This document shows positions 24,670-34,252 of a DNA stretch of 64,000 nucleotides, piece by piece. Position 1 is the first letter of the stretch. Each line of letters opens with the position of its first letter. Position numbers and translations under genes: made by a program. Location of the stretch: the NCBI GenBank assembly GCA_017470995.1, contig JAFUXI010000066.1:5129-69128 (forward strand), given 5' to 3'. The stretch comes from Spirochaetales bacterium (GTDB lineage: Bacteria > Spirochaetota > Spirochaetia > Sphaerochaetales > Sphaerochaetaceae). A model generated the notes under the pieces. The model was not told where the DNA came from. It did no database searches and saw nothing but the letters and a program-made list of their open reading frames with translations.

Positions 24670-27432
24670 ATGAAGTCATTTTTCGTAAATGCCATCGCAA
24701 AGAAGACCGTAGCGTTGCTTCTGGTCCTTGCAATTGCAGTCGGCGTCGCATTTGCTGCCCCGCTGGCTCCAAAGTCAGGATTCGGTGATGCCAAGGTCTA
24801 TGACAGCAGCTACAAGGCTGTAAAAAACCCGACAGAGGTTTCTGACAGCTTTGTACTCAGGACAGCTACCTCGACAGTAGTTCTCAGCGGAACCAATGCT
24901 GAAGTGGAAGTGGAAGCCAATTCTCTTCTGCAGTTCATCAGCATCGGTGACCAGCCTGTGTTCTACCTGCTGGATGGAAGAGCAATCTTCACTTCAAATT
25001 CTGCGTTTGAAGTAAGAACACCGGTCACAACCTACCAAGGACAGGCCGGAACCTCCATCTATGTCATTACAGAGGATGAGGAAGAAACCGCATACGTCAA
25101 TTCGGGACTTGCAACGGCTACGAACCTTATCACCAAGGAAGTAACGGAAATCGGTGATGGTCAGTACATCGACAATGCAAGAAGAGGTTTCACCCCCACA
25201 TCCACTACAAAAGAAGAGTACTGGGCAAAGAGCACATCTGCTTCCGAACAAGCGGTTCCCGCCAAGGAAGAAACACCAGCTTCACAGGCAGAAGAAACCG
25301 CTGCTCAGCCTGCAGAACAGGCGGAAACAAAACCTGCAGAGACAGCTCCGGTTCTCTCGGAAACGGTCACAACTGAGGCCGGTGCACTTGAGCATACCTT
25401 CGAGTACAGAGGCTTCAGAGCAGTTTTGAGAGCCTATATCGGCGTTGCAGAGCTCGATTATCCAGCATTTGTCACAAACGAGGAACTCGATGCTGCTGCC
25501 AGAGCCGCAGTTTACACCTATCCGGATCTCACTTCGGAAATCGCATACGAGATTGTTGAACCGGGATTTGCCAAGGTTTATTATCCCGAAACATACGGCA
25601 AGGCAGAGTTCGATTACGCCGTTCAGATCCTGGAGAAGGAGCTTGCCGGTTATATCGATGCAGTTCTCGGTCTCGAGCCCGAGCAGGTCGTACAGGAGCC
25701 TGTTGCAGAGCCTGCAGAGACAGTCGGTCCTCTCGTGAAGGAGTTCAGTCACCGCGGAATCGAAGCAAGGATCGAGGCATACATCGGCGAATGTGATATC
25801 TTCTATCCTCAGTTCGTAACCAACGACGAAATCGATGATGCAGCAGCCGCAGCAGTCTGGAAGTATCCCGAGTACACACAGGGCATCACCTATGTAGTAG
25901 TCGAGCCCGGTCATGCAAAGGCCTATTATCCTGTCGAATACGGTCCGGATGAGTTCTACTTCGCAATGGGACTCCTGGAGAGCGAGCTCTATGCATACAT
26001 CGACGAGCTGTTCGCAAGATATGCCGCAACAGCCGAGCCTGCAGAAGAGCCGGCAGCCGAAGCTCCCGAAGCACCTGTAGAGCCTGAGGTCGAGAAGACT
26101 CCGATCGAGACAACACCCAGAACCGAAGAGCCTGTCGTTGAACCCGAGCCTGTCGTCGAAGACAAGGGCTTCAAGTTCGGCGCAACTGTAGCATTCATCT
26201 ACGGACACGGAGACAAGGGAGACTTCTACAACGGCATCTCCTTCCTGCATGACAGAGTCGGCCTGTTCCAGAAGAACTATATGGTCATAGTTGATCCTAC
26301 ATTCTCGGTCGGCAACTTCAAGTTCGGTCTTCATCTTGTCGCTGACTTCAGAAGCGGCAAGCTGGTCAACCCGCTCAACAAGTTCACAGGCAGAGGTGTA
26401 ACGGGAATCGTGAACGGTGTAATGCAGTTCATTTCCCTCTTCAATTACACAAACGGCAACTTCGTCATCAATGTTGACAGGACCTCTGATATCGAGTTCA
26501 GAAGCCCGATCTTCGCCGGTCTCAACCGTGAATTCGAATATGATCCTTCCGGAAGACTCCAGGCTACCATGGCATACAAGGGCGGAGAGTTCGGCTTCAA
26601 CGCATTCATCGATGACCTGTCATTCCAGGCCAAGCTTGAAGGCAGAAGCCAGTTTGCCGGAGCCAGAATGGCATTCTTCGTCGGTAAGATGCAAATCGGT
26701 CTGAGTGTAGTTGCTGACCTCAAGAATGGCTTCAGGGACATCGCCTTCTATCCGGGCGGAGATGCTTTGATTCCGTTCACGATCAAGGACATTGACTTCG
26801 CTCTCGAAGGCGGTGCTGTGGCTTCCTTCAGGAAGACCGGCAAGGCTGCCATGATCGAAGGAAAGTTCAAGAAGACATCCGGTCTGATCACATTCGGCGT
26901 CGGTGGAGCTTATTCCGTGAGATACAACTTCAACGATCTGATCAATGTCGGTCCGACTGACGTGATCTCCACATGGAGAGGAAAATCCATCGATATCCTT
27001 GCCAACGTCGGCCTGAATACCGAGATCTTCAAACTCTCTGCAGAAGTCAGAGCTCCGTTCACCATCAAGGGTTCGAGCAGACTGGTATACAACACCGTAC
27101 TTGACAAGTACGGCAACACCCAGACCATTTCTGCTGACACAATGACATTTAAGGCTGATGTAATGCTCGGCAAGTTCACATTCACCGCCGGTGCAGCATT
27201 CAACGGTTTCGCCGGTCGTGTCGCAGACCTGCTCAAGGCAATCAAGAATGCTTCCGGTAGAAGAGCAGCCCTTGCAGGCATTGTGGATCCTGGTATCTCC
27301 ACATTCTATGCACAGGCCAGCTTCTCGTTGGATATCGGACCTGGAAGCCTTGGTGCATATGTCAGAGCAGATGTTGCTGGCATCGAAAAGATTACAATAC
27401 CTGTCTCAGCAGGAATCAAGTATTCCTTCTGA
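24670..27432 (+). CDS. large secreted protein with internal tandem domain duplication and beta-barrel-like C-terminus
   Basis: Start at ATG 24670 (signal peptide ending VAFAAPLAP). Two homologous modules of about 98 aa at 25387-25680 and 25732-26025. The C-terminal half is beta-rich and ends in GIKYSF. Confidence 0.7.
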   Translation: MKSFFVNAIAKKTVALLLVLAIAVGVAFAAPLAPKSGFGDAKVYDSSYKAVKNPTEVSDSFVLRTATSTVVLSGTNAEVEVEANSLLQFISIGDQPVFYLLDGRAIFTSNSAFEVRTPVTTYQGQAGTSIYVITEDEEETAYVNSGLATATNLITKEVTEIGDGQYIDNARRGFTPTSTTKEEYWAKSTSASEQAVPAKEETPASQAEETAAQPAEQAETKPAETAPVLSETVTTEAGALEHTFEYRGFRAVLRAYIGVAELDYPAFVTNEELDAAARAAVYTYPDLTSEIAYEIVEPGFAKVYYPETYGKAEFDYAVQILEKELAGYIDAVLGLEPEQVVQEPVAEPAETVGPLVKEFSHRGIEARIEAYIGECDIFYPQFVTNDEIDDAAAAAVWKYPEYTQGITYVVVEPGHAKAYYPVEYGPDEFYFAMGLLESELYAYIDELFARYAATAEPAEEPAAEAPEAPVEPEVEKTPIETTPRTEEPVVEPEPVVEDKGFKFGATVAFIYGHGDKGDFYNGISFLHDRVGLFQKNYMVIVDPTFSVGNFKFGLHLVADFRSGKLVNPLNKFTGRGVTGIVNGVMQFISLFNYTNGNFVINVDRTSDIEFRSPIFAGLNREFEYDPSGRLQATMAYKGGEFGFNAFIDDLSFQAKLEGRSQFAGARMAFFVGKMQIGLSVVADLKNGFRDIAFYPGGDALIPFTIKDIDFALEGGAVASFRKTGKAAMIEGKFKKTSGLITFGVGGAYSVRYNFNDLINVGPTDVISTWRGKSIDILANVGLNTEIFKLSAEVRAPFTIKGSSRLVYNTVLDKYGNTQTISADTMTFKADVMLGKFTFTAGAAFNGFAGRVADLLKAIKNASGRRAALAGIVDPGISTFYAQASFSLDIGPGSLGAYVRADVAGIEKITIPVSAGIKYSF

Positions 27433-27447
27433 TAGGGACAGACGGCA

Positions 27448-29235
27448 ATGGCATCAATCAGGCAGCTTGACCCGATTGTAGCATCCCGTATTGCAGCCGG
27501 AGAGGTGGTCGAAAGACCATCCTCCGTGCTCAGGGAGCTGCTGGACAACTCCATTGATGCCAAAGCCACAAAGATAAGCATTTATATCGAAGAAGGCGGA
27601 ATAAAAAGCCTTACGGTCATCGATAACGGAGTCGGCATGGATGCCGATGATCTGCTTCTGGCGTGCGAGAGCCACGCTACCAGCAAGGTCCGTTCCCTCG
27701 ATGACCTTTTCAATTTAAAGACCCTCGGATTTCGAGGCGAAGCCCTGAGCAGCATAGCAGCCTGCTCCAGACTCACAATCAGTTCAAACGGCAACAGCAT
27801 CACGGTGGACAACGGAAAGAAAAGCCCCGTGGTCCCCGGAAGCATCATGCAGGGAACCTCCATATGCATGGAGGACCTGTTCGAGAACATCCCCGCCCGC
27901 AGGCTCTTTCTCAAGCGCCCCCAGAGCGAGGCCTCAGAATGCCGCAAAACCCTCATAGAAAAGGCCCTCGGTTTCGAGAACATTGAATTCCTGTTCTTCT
28001 CCGACGGAGAGCTCAAGCTCCATTTCGAACCCACAGACAGGAAAAACCGCTCGGTACAGGTCTTTTCCCTGGACAAGTCATTCGTCCCGGCACAGATCCT
28101 TCAGATGAGCTACAAGGGCGAGAACGAAAGCCTCTGGGCCGTGTGCTCCGATCCCGGCTGCCACAGACGCGACAGGACCCAGATCCGCATCCTGGTCAAC
28201 AACAGGATCATCGATAGCTACCAGTTCGTCCAGGCCATAACCAACGCCTACTCGGCAGCCCTTCCCGGCGGGGCCTTCCCCTATTTCCATCTCTTCATAG
28301 ATGCCAACCCAGCCCTCGTGGACTTCAACATCCACCCCACCAAACGCGAATGCAAACTCAGAAACCAGAGCGCCATCTACGGTGCCATCACCACCATGAT
28401 CCGCAATGCCCTGGTATATAAAAAGGCCGATACCGTCGAGACTCCCCAGCTCTTTTCCGAAGTCAGGGAAGCTCCCGCAAGGCCCTACATCGCCGCCCCG
28501 GTTTCCAAAGGCAGCTCAAAACCTTCGATTGCGCAGAATTCGGCAAAACCTTTCGATTCCTCCTGGTTCGAAAGCGCAAAGGCCATCCTTTCGAAGAAGG
28601 ACAATGCTTCGGGGCAACAGAAAGAAAGTCCTGCAAAGCCTCAGGAAACTCCTGTGCAAAGAGCTCCGTCCGTCGTCACCACGACCAGGATCATTCCCGA
28701 GTACAGATACATCGGACAGGTCTTCAACACCTTCCTTGTAGTGGAGATGGAAGACAAGTTGCTCTTCATCGACCAGCATGCCCTGCACGAGAGACTGCTC
28801 TACGATGAGATCCGCGCCCTGAAGGACTTGCAGCGCCTGATAGTACCCTACAGCTTCGAGGTGGAGCGCTCCGTGGACGACTTTCTTATCAAGAACAGCT
28901 TCATCTACAGCGACTTCGGAATCGAGCTCACAAGGCGCGAGGACCTTGTCTGGGACATGGCAAGCATCCCTGCAGCATGCAGGAAGAACGAGGAAGAGAT
29001 CGTAAGCTTCATCAGAAACCAGACAGGAGATCTGGAGAGCGTCCAGAAGGGCCTCTTTGCCATCATCGCCTGCCATGCCGCAATCAAGGCCGGCGATCCG
29101 CTGGACAACGTTACTGCCACATCGCTGGTAAAAAGATGCTTTGAGCTGGACAGGATGGTCTGCCCCCACGGAAGGGAATTCACGTTCTCGCTTTCAAAAC
29201 AGGAATTATACAGGCAGGTCGGAAGAATCGTCTGA
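27448..29235 (+). CDS. mutL: DNA mismatch repair protein MutL
   Basis: GHKL N-terminus IAAGEVVERPSSVLRELLDNSIDA, plus GFRGEAL and a C-terminal dimerisation domain. Confidence 0.95.
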   Translation: MASIRQLDPIVASRIAAGEVVERPSSVLRELLDNSIDAKATKISIYIEEGGIKSLTVIDNGVGMDADDLLLACESHATSKVRSLDDLFNLKTLGFRGEALSSIAACSRLTISSNGNSITVDNGKKSPVVPGSIMQGTSICMEDLFENIPARRLFLKRPQSEASECRKTLIEKALGFENIEFLFFSDGELKLHFEPTDRKNRSVQVFSLDKSFVPAQILQMSYKGENESLWAVCSDPGCHRRDRTQIRILVNNRIIDSYQFVQAITNAYSAALPGGAFPYFHLFIDANPALVDFNIHPTKRECKLRNQSAIYGAITTMIRNALVYKKADTVETPQLFSEVREAPARPYIAAPVSKGSSKPSIAQNSAKPFDSSWFESAKAILSKKDNASGQQKESPAKPQETPVQRAPSVVTTTRIIPEYRYIGQVFNTFLVVEMEDKLLFIDQHALHERLLYDEIRALKDLQRLIVPYSFEVERSVDDFLIKNSFIYSDFGIELTRREDLVWDMASIPAACRKNEEEIVSFIRNQTGDLESVQKGLFAIIACHAAIKAGDPLDNVTATSLVKRCFELDRMVCPHGREFTFSLSKQELYRQVGRIV

Positions 29236-29715
29236 GCTTTCCTGCACAGGCTCGGGAAGCGGCAGAACGGTCAGATTCTCATCGCTGTCATACCAGGCCT
29301 GATCCGTATCCACCGACATAAAATGCTCTTTGGCAGCCTGCACGTCGCCGTAGTCGACCTCGAAGGTCTTCCTGACGGTGCTTCCGTCCTTGTACATGAC
29401 ATCCAGGCTCCAGATTCCTATGGGAAGCATGCTTCCGGTCGGCATGCAGATGTCAGAGCTTCCCAGGTATGTCCACCCGTCCAGTTCCACCTTGTTGGTT
29501 GCAAGCGACCAGCTCAGGTTCCCGCCGGGAGCCCTTAGCGAGAACTGCACCGAGCCCTCGTCCCCTTCGGACGTGGTGACATAGAGGCTGAGGCCCATTC
29601 TGCCGTCCATGCAGACATAGGGTTGGGCCTGAACCGAATCAACGGTGAAATCGGTCTTCGAACATGAGACAAGAAGAATCAGCAATGCCGCTAACAGCAG
29701 AATCCTAAGCTTCAT
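29206..29715 (-). CDS. hypothetical lipoprotein
   Basis: Start trimmed to ATG 29715 (MKLRILLLAALLILLVSCSK lipobox). Its 3' end overlaps the mutL 3' end by 30 nt (convergent genes). Confidence 0.55.
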   Translation of the reverse strand: MKLRILLLAALLILLVSCSKTDFTVDSVQAQPYVCMDGRMGLSLYVTTSEGDEGSVQFSLRAPGGNLSWSLATNKVELDGWTYLGSSDICMPTGSMLPIGIWSLDVMYKDGSTVRKTFEVDYGDVQAAKEHFMSVDTDQAWYDSDENLTVLPLPEPVQESSDDSSDLPV

Positions 29716-30880
29716 CGCCCTTCTCCCTGAGCATGGATACGACCGGATTTGCATAGCCCTGGAATACCATATCCCTGACTTCCGGCTTCAGGTGCTTGTA
29801 GTGCTTCACGAAGGACTTGGTATTCATGTCCGCATACTTGTCGGCAAACATCTTGGTCCTGTTGAGGTAGTCGTATGAGAAGTAATTGGTGTCCCAAAGT
29901 CTGTAGTTAGTGTGAATTTGTCTATCTATCTCCCGCACAGCGGCCTTCGGATCTGCAATATCATCGCCTGAAAGAGGCATTCCGACCTGGATGTGGACGT
30001 TACCCTTGTTCAGTCTCAGACCTCGTACCAGATCCAGGATGTCGGCATACTTTTTCTTCACGTAGACGTTGTAGACGCCCTCGGCCTTGAGCTTTCTGAT
30101 CTGGGCCTCGCTCTTGGTTACATCGCAGGGATCGTGCTGATAGCTGATTGCGACCGGGACGATGGAGGCCCTTCTGATGAAGTCCTGGAAGGAGATTCCG
30201 TTCTCGCGGTAGGCAAGATAGAGCATCTTCAGAATCGCGGAGCTGGTATTGTCTATTCCGTCCTTGGAGCGGCCGCTCTTCTGGGCTATCCAGAGGCTTA
30301 CCTTCTTTTCCTCGATGCAGTGCCTCATGTACCTGCTGAGCCTGAGGGTCTCTTCCCTGAGATCGGAGGTATTTGAAAGCGATCTCTTGACCGTGATGGC
30401 CCCGTTGACCTTGAAGAGGTCGGTGGTGAACTGGTTGACCAGAAGGTTGTCGCCTATGACCATCTCGCAGCGCTTTCTGTCGGATCTGTAGAGAGCCAGA
30501 TCCAGAAGCGCAGTATCGAGGACTATGTCGCGGTGGTTGCTGATGTAGATGTGCGGCTCGTCGGAACCAAGCTGCTCTATTCCGTCGAAGGTAAAGTCGT
30601 CGATGCTGGAGGATTCAATCATGTCCAGGAACACGTCGCAGGTAATCAGCTCCTGGAACTCAAGGTAGTCGTGGACCTGGGACAGAAGGACCTTCAGAAG
30701 CCGCTTGGAATGGAAGGATTTCCACTTGTTCACGACCCTGCTGTGTCTGGAGATGATGTCGGTGAAGTTGTTCAGAAGCTGCGGATACTGCTGCAGACGC
30801 GAGATTGCGTCCTCGAAATCCTGACCCTCGTAAGGGCCGATATCTCTGAAATCGTCCTTTCTCATATGATCCTCTCTCAT
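29705..30880 (-). CDS. PlsC-family (lysophospholipid/glycerol-phosphate) acyltransferase
   Basis: HXXXXD motif in YISNHRDIVLDTAL. Start set at ATG 30880 (RBS GGGAGGGG); ATG 30865 is also possible. Confidence 0.75.
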   Translation of the reverse strand: MREDHMRKDDFRDIGPYEGQDFEDAISRLQQYPQLLNNFTDIISRHSRVVNKWKSFHSKRLLKVLLSQVHDYLEFQELITCDVFLDMIESSSIDDFTFDGIEQLGSDEPHIYISNHRDIVLDTALLDLALYRSDRKRCEMVIGDNLLVNQFTTDLFKVNGAITVKRSLSNTSDLREETLRLSRYMRHCIEEKKVSLWIAQKSGRSKDGIDNTSSAILKMLYLAYRENGISFQDFIRRASIVPVAISYQHDPCDVTKSEAQIRKLKAEGVYNVYVKKKYADILDLVRGLRLNKGNVHIQVGMPLSGDDIADPKAAVREIDRQIHTNYRLWDTNYFSYDYLNRTKMFADKYADMNTKSFVKHYKHLKPEVRDMVFQGYANPVVSMLREKGDEA

Positions 30881-31005
30881 ACGGCCCCTCCCATGATGAT
30901 TATAGCAGATACACCGTGCAATTGAAAGCAATGTAAGGAAATTGGAGGAATATCACAACGCGGATATACATTTTTTATATTTCCATCAGTTTTCAATATT
31001 AAAAT

Positions 31006-31033
31006 TTGACTTATACGAAAAGCATGCTACAAT
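31006..31033 (+). promoter_or_regulatory. sigma-70-like promoter
   Basis: TTGACT, a 16-nt spacer, then TACAAT. Followed by a GAGGGC-CCAT-GCCCTC leader hairpin (31043-31058) and the gene start at 31090. Confidence 0.5.
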
Positions 31034-31089
31034 GATTCATGTGAGGGCCCATGCCCTCTTATCGATCAATAACGCAACGGGAGGAATCT

Positions 31090-31974
31090 ATGCTCATTCT
31101 CATTTCAGATGCATTCGATGCATCGCTCGAATCCAAACTCCAGGCTTTCGGAGAAGTCACTACCGACAAGGCAAGAGCCCCTGAGGCCGATGTCATCCTG
31201 GTCAGAGCCAAGACCATCTGCGACAAGGCCTATATCGATGCCGCAAAGAACTGCAAGCTCATCATCCGCGGCGGCGTCGGAATAGACAACATCGACAAGG
31301 CCTATGCCGAAAGCAAGGGCATCATCGTCCGCAACACCCCGAGAGCAAGCTCCATCGCTGTTGCAGAGCTCACATTCGCCCTCATGCTCAGCGTTCCCAA
31401 CCACATCGAGGAATATGACCTCGGTATGAAGAACGGACAGTGGCTCAAGAATATCAAGAGAACCGAGCTCTACGGCAAGACACTCGGACTGCTGGGAATC
31501 GGAAACATCGCAAGCAAGGTCGCAGAGCGCGCCAAGGCCTTCGGAATGAACGTAGTGGCCTACGACAAGTACGTCACAAGCTCACCGGTTGCAACGCTTG
31601 TTCCCTCCGTTGAGGATGCCGTCAGGGATGCTGATTACATCTCAATCCACATGCCGCTTACCGATGAGACAAGAGGAATGTTCAACGAGAAGCTCTTTGC
31701 CATCATGACCCGCAAGCCGGTCATCATCAACGCAGCAAGAGGACTCATCGTGGATGCCCCGGCCATGGTCAAGGCACTCGACGATGGTCAGGTCTCCTGG
31801 TACTGCGCAGATGTCTACCCCAACGATCCTCCTGCAGAGGACTATCCGCTGCTCAAGGCCCAGCACGTCACGCTCACCCCGCACGTCGGCGCAAACAGCA
31901 AGGAAAACCTCCTCAGAATCGGTGAGGAAATCGTTGCGACTATCAAGGACCTCATGGGCGACGGGAAAATCTGA
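31090..31974 (+). CDS. D-isomer-specific 2-hydroxyacid dehydrogenase (short phosphoglycerate dehydrogenase-like)
   Basis: Start at ATG 31090 (RBS GGGAGGA). NAD-binding motif GLLGIGNIASKV, plus SIHMPLT and HVGA. Confidence 0.85.
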   Translation: MLILISDAFDASLESKLQAFGEVTTDKARAPEADVILVRAKTICDKAYIDAAKNCKLIIRGGVGIDNIDKAYAESKGIIVRNTPRASSIAVAELTFALMLSVPNHIEEYDLGMKNGQWLKNIKRTELYGKTLGLLGIGNIASKVAERAKAFGMNVVAYDKYVTSSPVATLVPSVEDAVRDADYISIHMPLTDETRGMFNEKLFAIMTRKPVIINAARGLIVDAPAMVKALDDGQVSWYCADVYPNDPPAEDYPLLKAQHVTLTPHVGANSKENLLRIGEEIVATIKDLMGDGKI

Positions 31975-32423
31975 TGAAGCTTGACGATACCAACATTGCA
32001 ATTATCAAGGAACTCAGAAACGGCAGGAAGGCCTTCTCCTCCATCGCCGACAAGATTGGGATTACGGAAAACACCGTCCGAAGCAGAGTCAACAAGCTCA
32101 TCGAGGACGGTGTGCTCCAGATCTCCGGCCTCGTGGATCCCCAGTACATCCCCGAGATGCAGGTAGTTGTCATGGGCGTCAAGCTCAGCACCCTGAATCT
32201 CGAGGACAAGGCAAAGGAGATGCTCCAGCTCAAGGGCGTCATAAGCGTAATGGTCGTAACCGGCCGCTATGACCTGATAGTCCAGCTGGCAACAAGCACC
32301 CAGGACGACCAGAGCCTTCTGAATTTCTTCAAGAACGAGCTCTCGAAGGTCAAGGGCGTCTCGGACGTCGAGACCTTCGTGGTATACCAGAGCCACAACT
32401 ACATGATTCCATACATGCTCTGA
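31974..32423 (+). CDS. Lrp/AsnC family transcriptional regulator
   Basis: LDDTNIAIIKELRNGRKAFSSIADKIGITENTVRSRVNKLIEDGVL. 149 aa. Confidence 0.85.
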   Translation: MKLDDTNIAIIKELRNGRKAFSSIADKIGITENTVRSRVNKLIEDGVLQISGLVDPQYIPEMQVVVMGVKLSTLNLEDKAKEMLQLKGVISVMVVTGRYDLIVQLATSTQDDQSLLNFFKNELSKVKGVSDVETFVVYQSHNYMIPYML

Positions 32424-32430
32424 GGCAGTC

Positions 32431-33168
32431 ATGGAACGCAACATCCAGACCCGGGCGATAGTCCTGTCAGTGAGAAAGTACGGGGAGCTTCACAAGGCCC
32501 TTACCATTCTCTGCCCGGACCTGGGTCTTCTTGATGTAATAATCTTCGGCGGGCGCAAGGGAAAGAAAACGGCCCTTGCGCCACTGTTTTCTATCAATGA
32601 CCTGCAGATCTACCACAACCCGGTAAAGAAGGAATATTCGGTCACCGAAGGGGTGAGCACCTTCATTCCGCAGGCAATCAACGAAGATCTGGGTTGTACC
32701 TATACAGCAGCTTTTTTCTGCGAAATACTTACAAAATCTCCAACTGATGAACCGAATCAGACCTTCGTTCTTCTTGAAAATGCTCTTACCGAACTTGAGA
32801 AAAGACCCCAGCTGAGACGCCGGATCACCATTTCGTTCATCTGGAACCTGATGCAGATTTCAGGCACCGCTCCGGATCTCGAAGCCTGCCCCGTCTGCGA
32901 CAGGCGTTACAGCGATGACGAGGTCCTTCACTTCTCCAATCCCATGATAGTGCCCTGCTGCCGCTCGTGCGCCGACAGCGAGTATCTGGTGCTTCCTCCG
33001 GGAGCCAGAAGATATCTCAGATACACTGCGGGGATGGACATCGCCTCTTCTGTGGAAGTACAGCTGAGCGAAGCGGCAGAGAGCCGCATCTACAACTACA
33101 TGCTTCGCTGGGCCGGGCTGTTCTCACAGACCCAGCTCAGGACACTGAACGAGCTTCTCAATTTCTGA
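32431..33168 (+). CDS. recO: DNA repair protein RecO
   Basis: N-terminal OB-fold pattern RAIVLSVRKYGE and a Cys4 zinc motif (CPVCDR...CCRSC). Confidence 0.85.
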   Translation: MERNIQTRAIVLSVRKYGELHKALTILCPDLGLLDVIIFGGRKGKKTALAPLFSINDLQIYHNPVKKEYSVTEGVSTFIPQAINEDLGCTYTAAFFCEILTKSPTDEPNQTFVLLENALTELEKRPQLRRRITISFIWNLMQISGTAPDLEACPVCDRRYSDDEVLHFSNPMIVPCCRSCADSEYLVLPPGARRYLRYTAGMDIASSVEVQLSEAAESRIYNYMLRWAGLFSQTQLRTLNELLNF

Positions 33169-33177
33169 CAGTCTTTC

Positions 33178-34242
33178 TCAGGGGTGCAGGAAACCCTCCA
33201 GAGAATCCACGGTACCGTTAATGCGCTCGATGGCGTAGATCTTGGCATCCTCGAAGTAGAAGGGCTCCATGCACCAGTAGATTCCTTCCTTACCGAAAGC
33301 AGTCTCTTCCGAATACTCCGAGCTTCCCTCCGCCACCTTGAGGATGTAGCTTCCGCCGGTAAGCTGCACGGTATGGACCTGGCCGGGATACATGAACCAT
33401 TCGTACTCGGGAACCGGATCCTTCTCCCTGAGGATATCGTCCACGTCCTGCTCCTTGTAGAGCCTGAACGTGGCCGAGGCTCCGCCCGTGGAGCCGATTT
33501 TCAGATAGGCAAGACCGCCGTACGGACGCCCCTGCAACACCCTGAATCCATTCGGCCACTTCTGCGAGAAGTCCCTGTCGTTTGCAAGGAATCTGGAACT
33601 TGCAAAGTTCTGTCCCAGAATTGCCTGAGAGTATGCATCATCGTAAGCCGAGAAAAGACCTCCCGAGAGGTTGCCTGCCCAGCCGTAGTGAACATGAAGC
33701 GGCAGCACCCGGGCCGAGATTCTTCCGTCGCGCACCTTGATTGTCGAATCCTGCATCAACTCGATTGCATAGTCGTCATTGCTACTGATGGTTCCGGCCT
33801 GAATATCCAGACTTCCTCCCTTCTGGACCCTGATGCAAAGACCGTCGGCACAGAAAACTCCGCCCTGATACCTGTCGGCTTTTCCGGTCACGATGGCAAG
33901 AGATCCGGAAGCGATGACGATCGCAGGCTTTCCGAGGCTCTTGTTCTGGAAGATGGTATGGCCGTTGAGGTTCAGGTTCCAGATCTCTCCGGTATCCAGG
34001 ACAAGCGAAGCGCCCTCTTTCAAATGGAGATCCTGTTTCAGCGAGATGAAGCCCTCGTCGATCTGAACCGAGGCTCCTGCGTCCAGGAACTGCTTCACGA
34101 ACGGGCTGTCTGCACTGCCTTTTCCTGATTTGGATGCTACAGGCTTCTGCTCCTGGGCGGTACCGGTACTTGCGCACGAGGCAAGAAGAAAAGCAATCAG
34201 CAAAGCACAGAGCAGAACTGCGGGGGTACGGCGAATGGACAT
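33178..34242 (-). CDS. hypothetical lipoprotein, possibly beta-helix repeat
   Basis: Start trimmed to ATG 34242 (RBS GAGGAGG). Lipobox FLLASCAS. Confidence 0.55.
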   Translation of the reverse strand: MSIRRTPAVLLCALLIAFLLASCASTGTAQEQKPVASKSGKGSADSPFVKQFLDAGASVQIDEGFISLKQDLHLKEGASLVLDTGEIWNLNLNGHTIFQNKSLGKPAIVIASGSLAIVTGKADRYQGGVFCADGLCIRVQKGGSLDIQAGTISSNDDYAIELMQDSTIKVRDGRISARVLPLHVHYGWAGNLSGGLFSAYDDAYSQAILGQNFASSRFLANDRDFSQKWPNGFRVLQGRPYGGLAYLKIGSTGGASATFRLYKEQDVDDILREKDPVPEYEWFMYPGQVHTVQLTGGSYILKVAEGSSEYSEETAFGKEGIYWCMEPFYFEDAKIYAIERINGTVDSLEGFLHP

Positions 34243-34252
34243 AGGAACCTCC

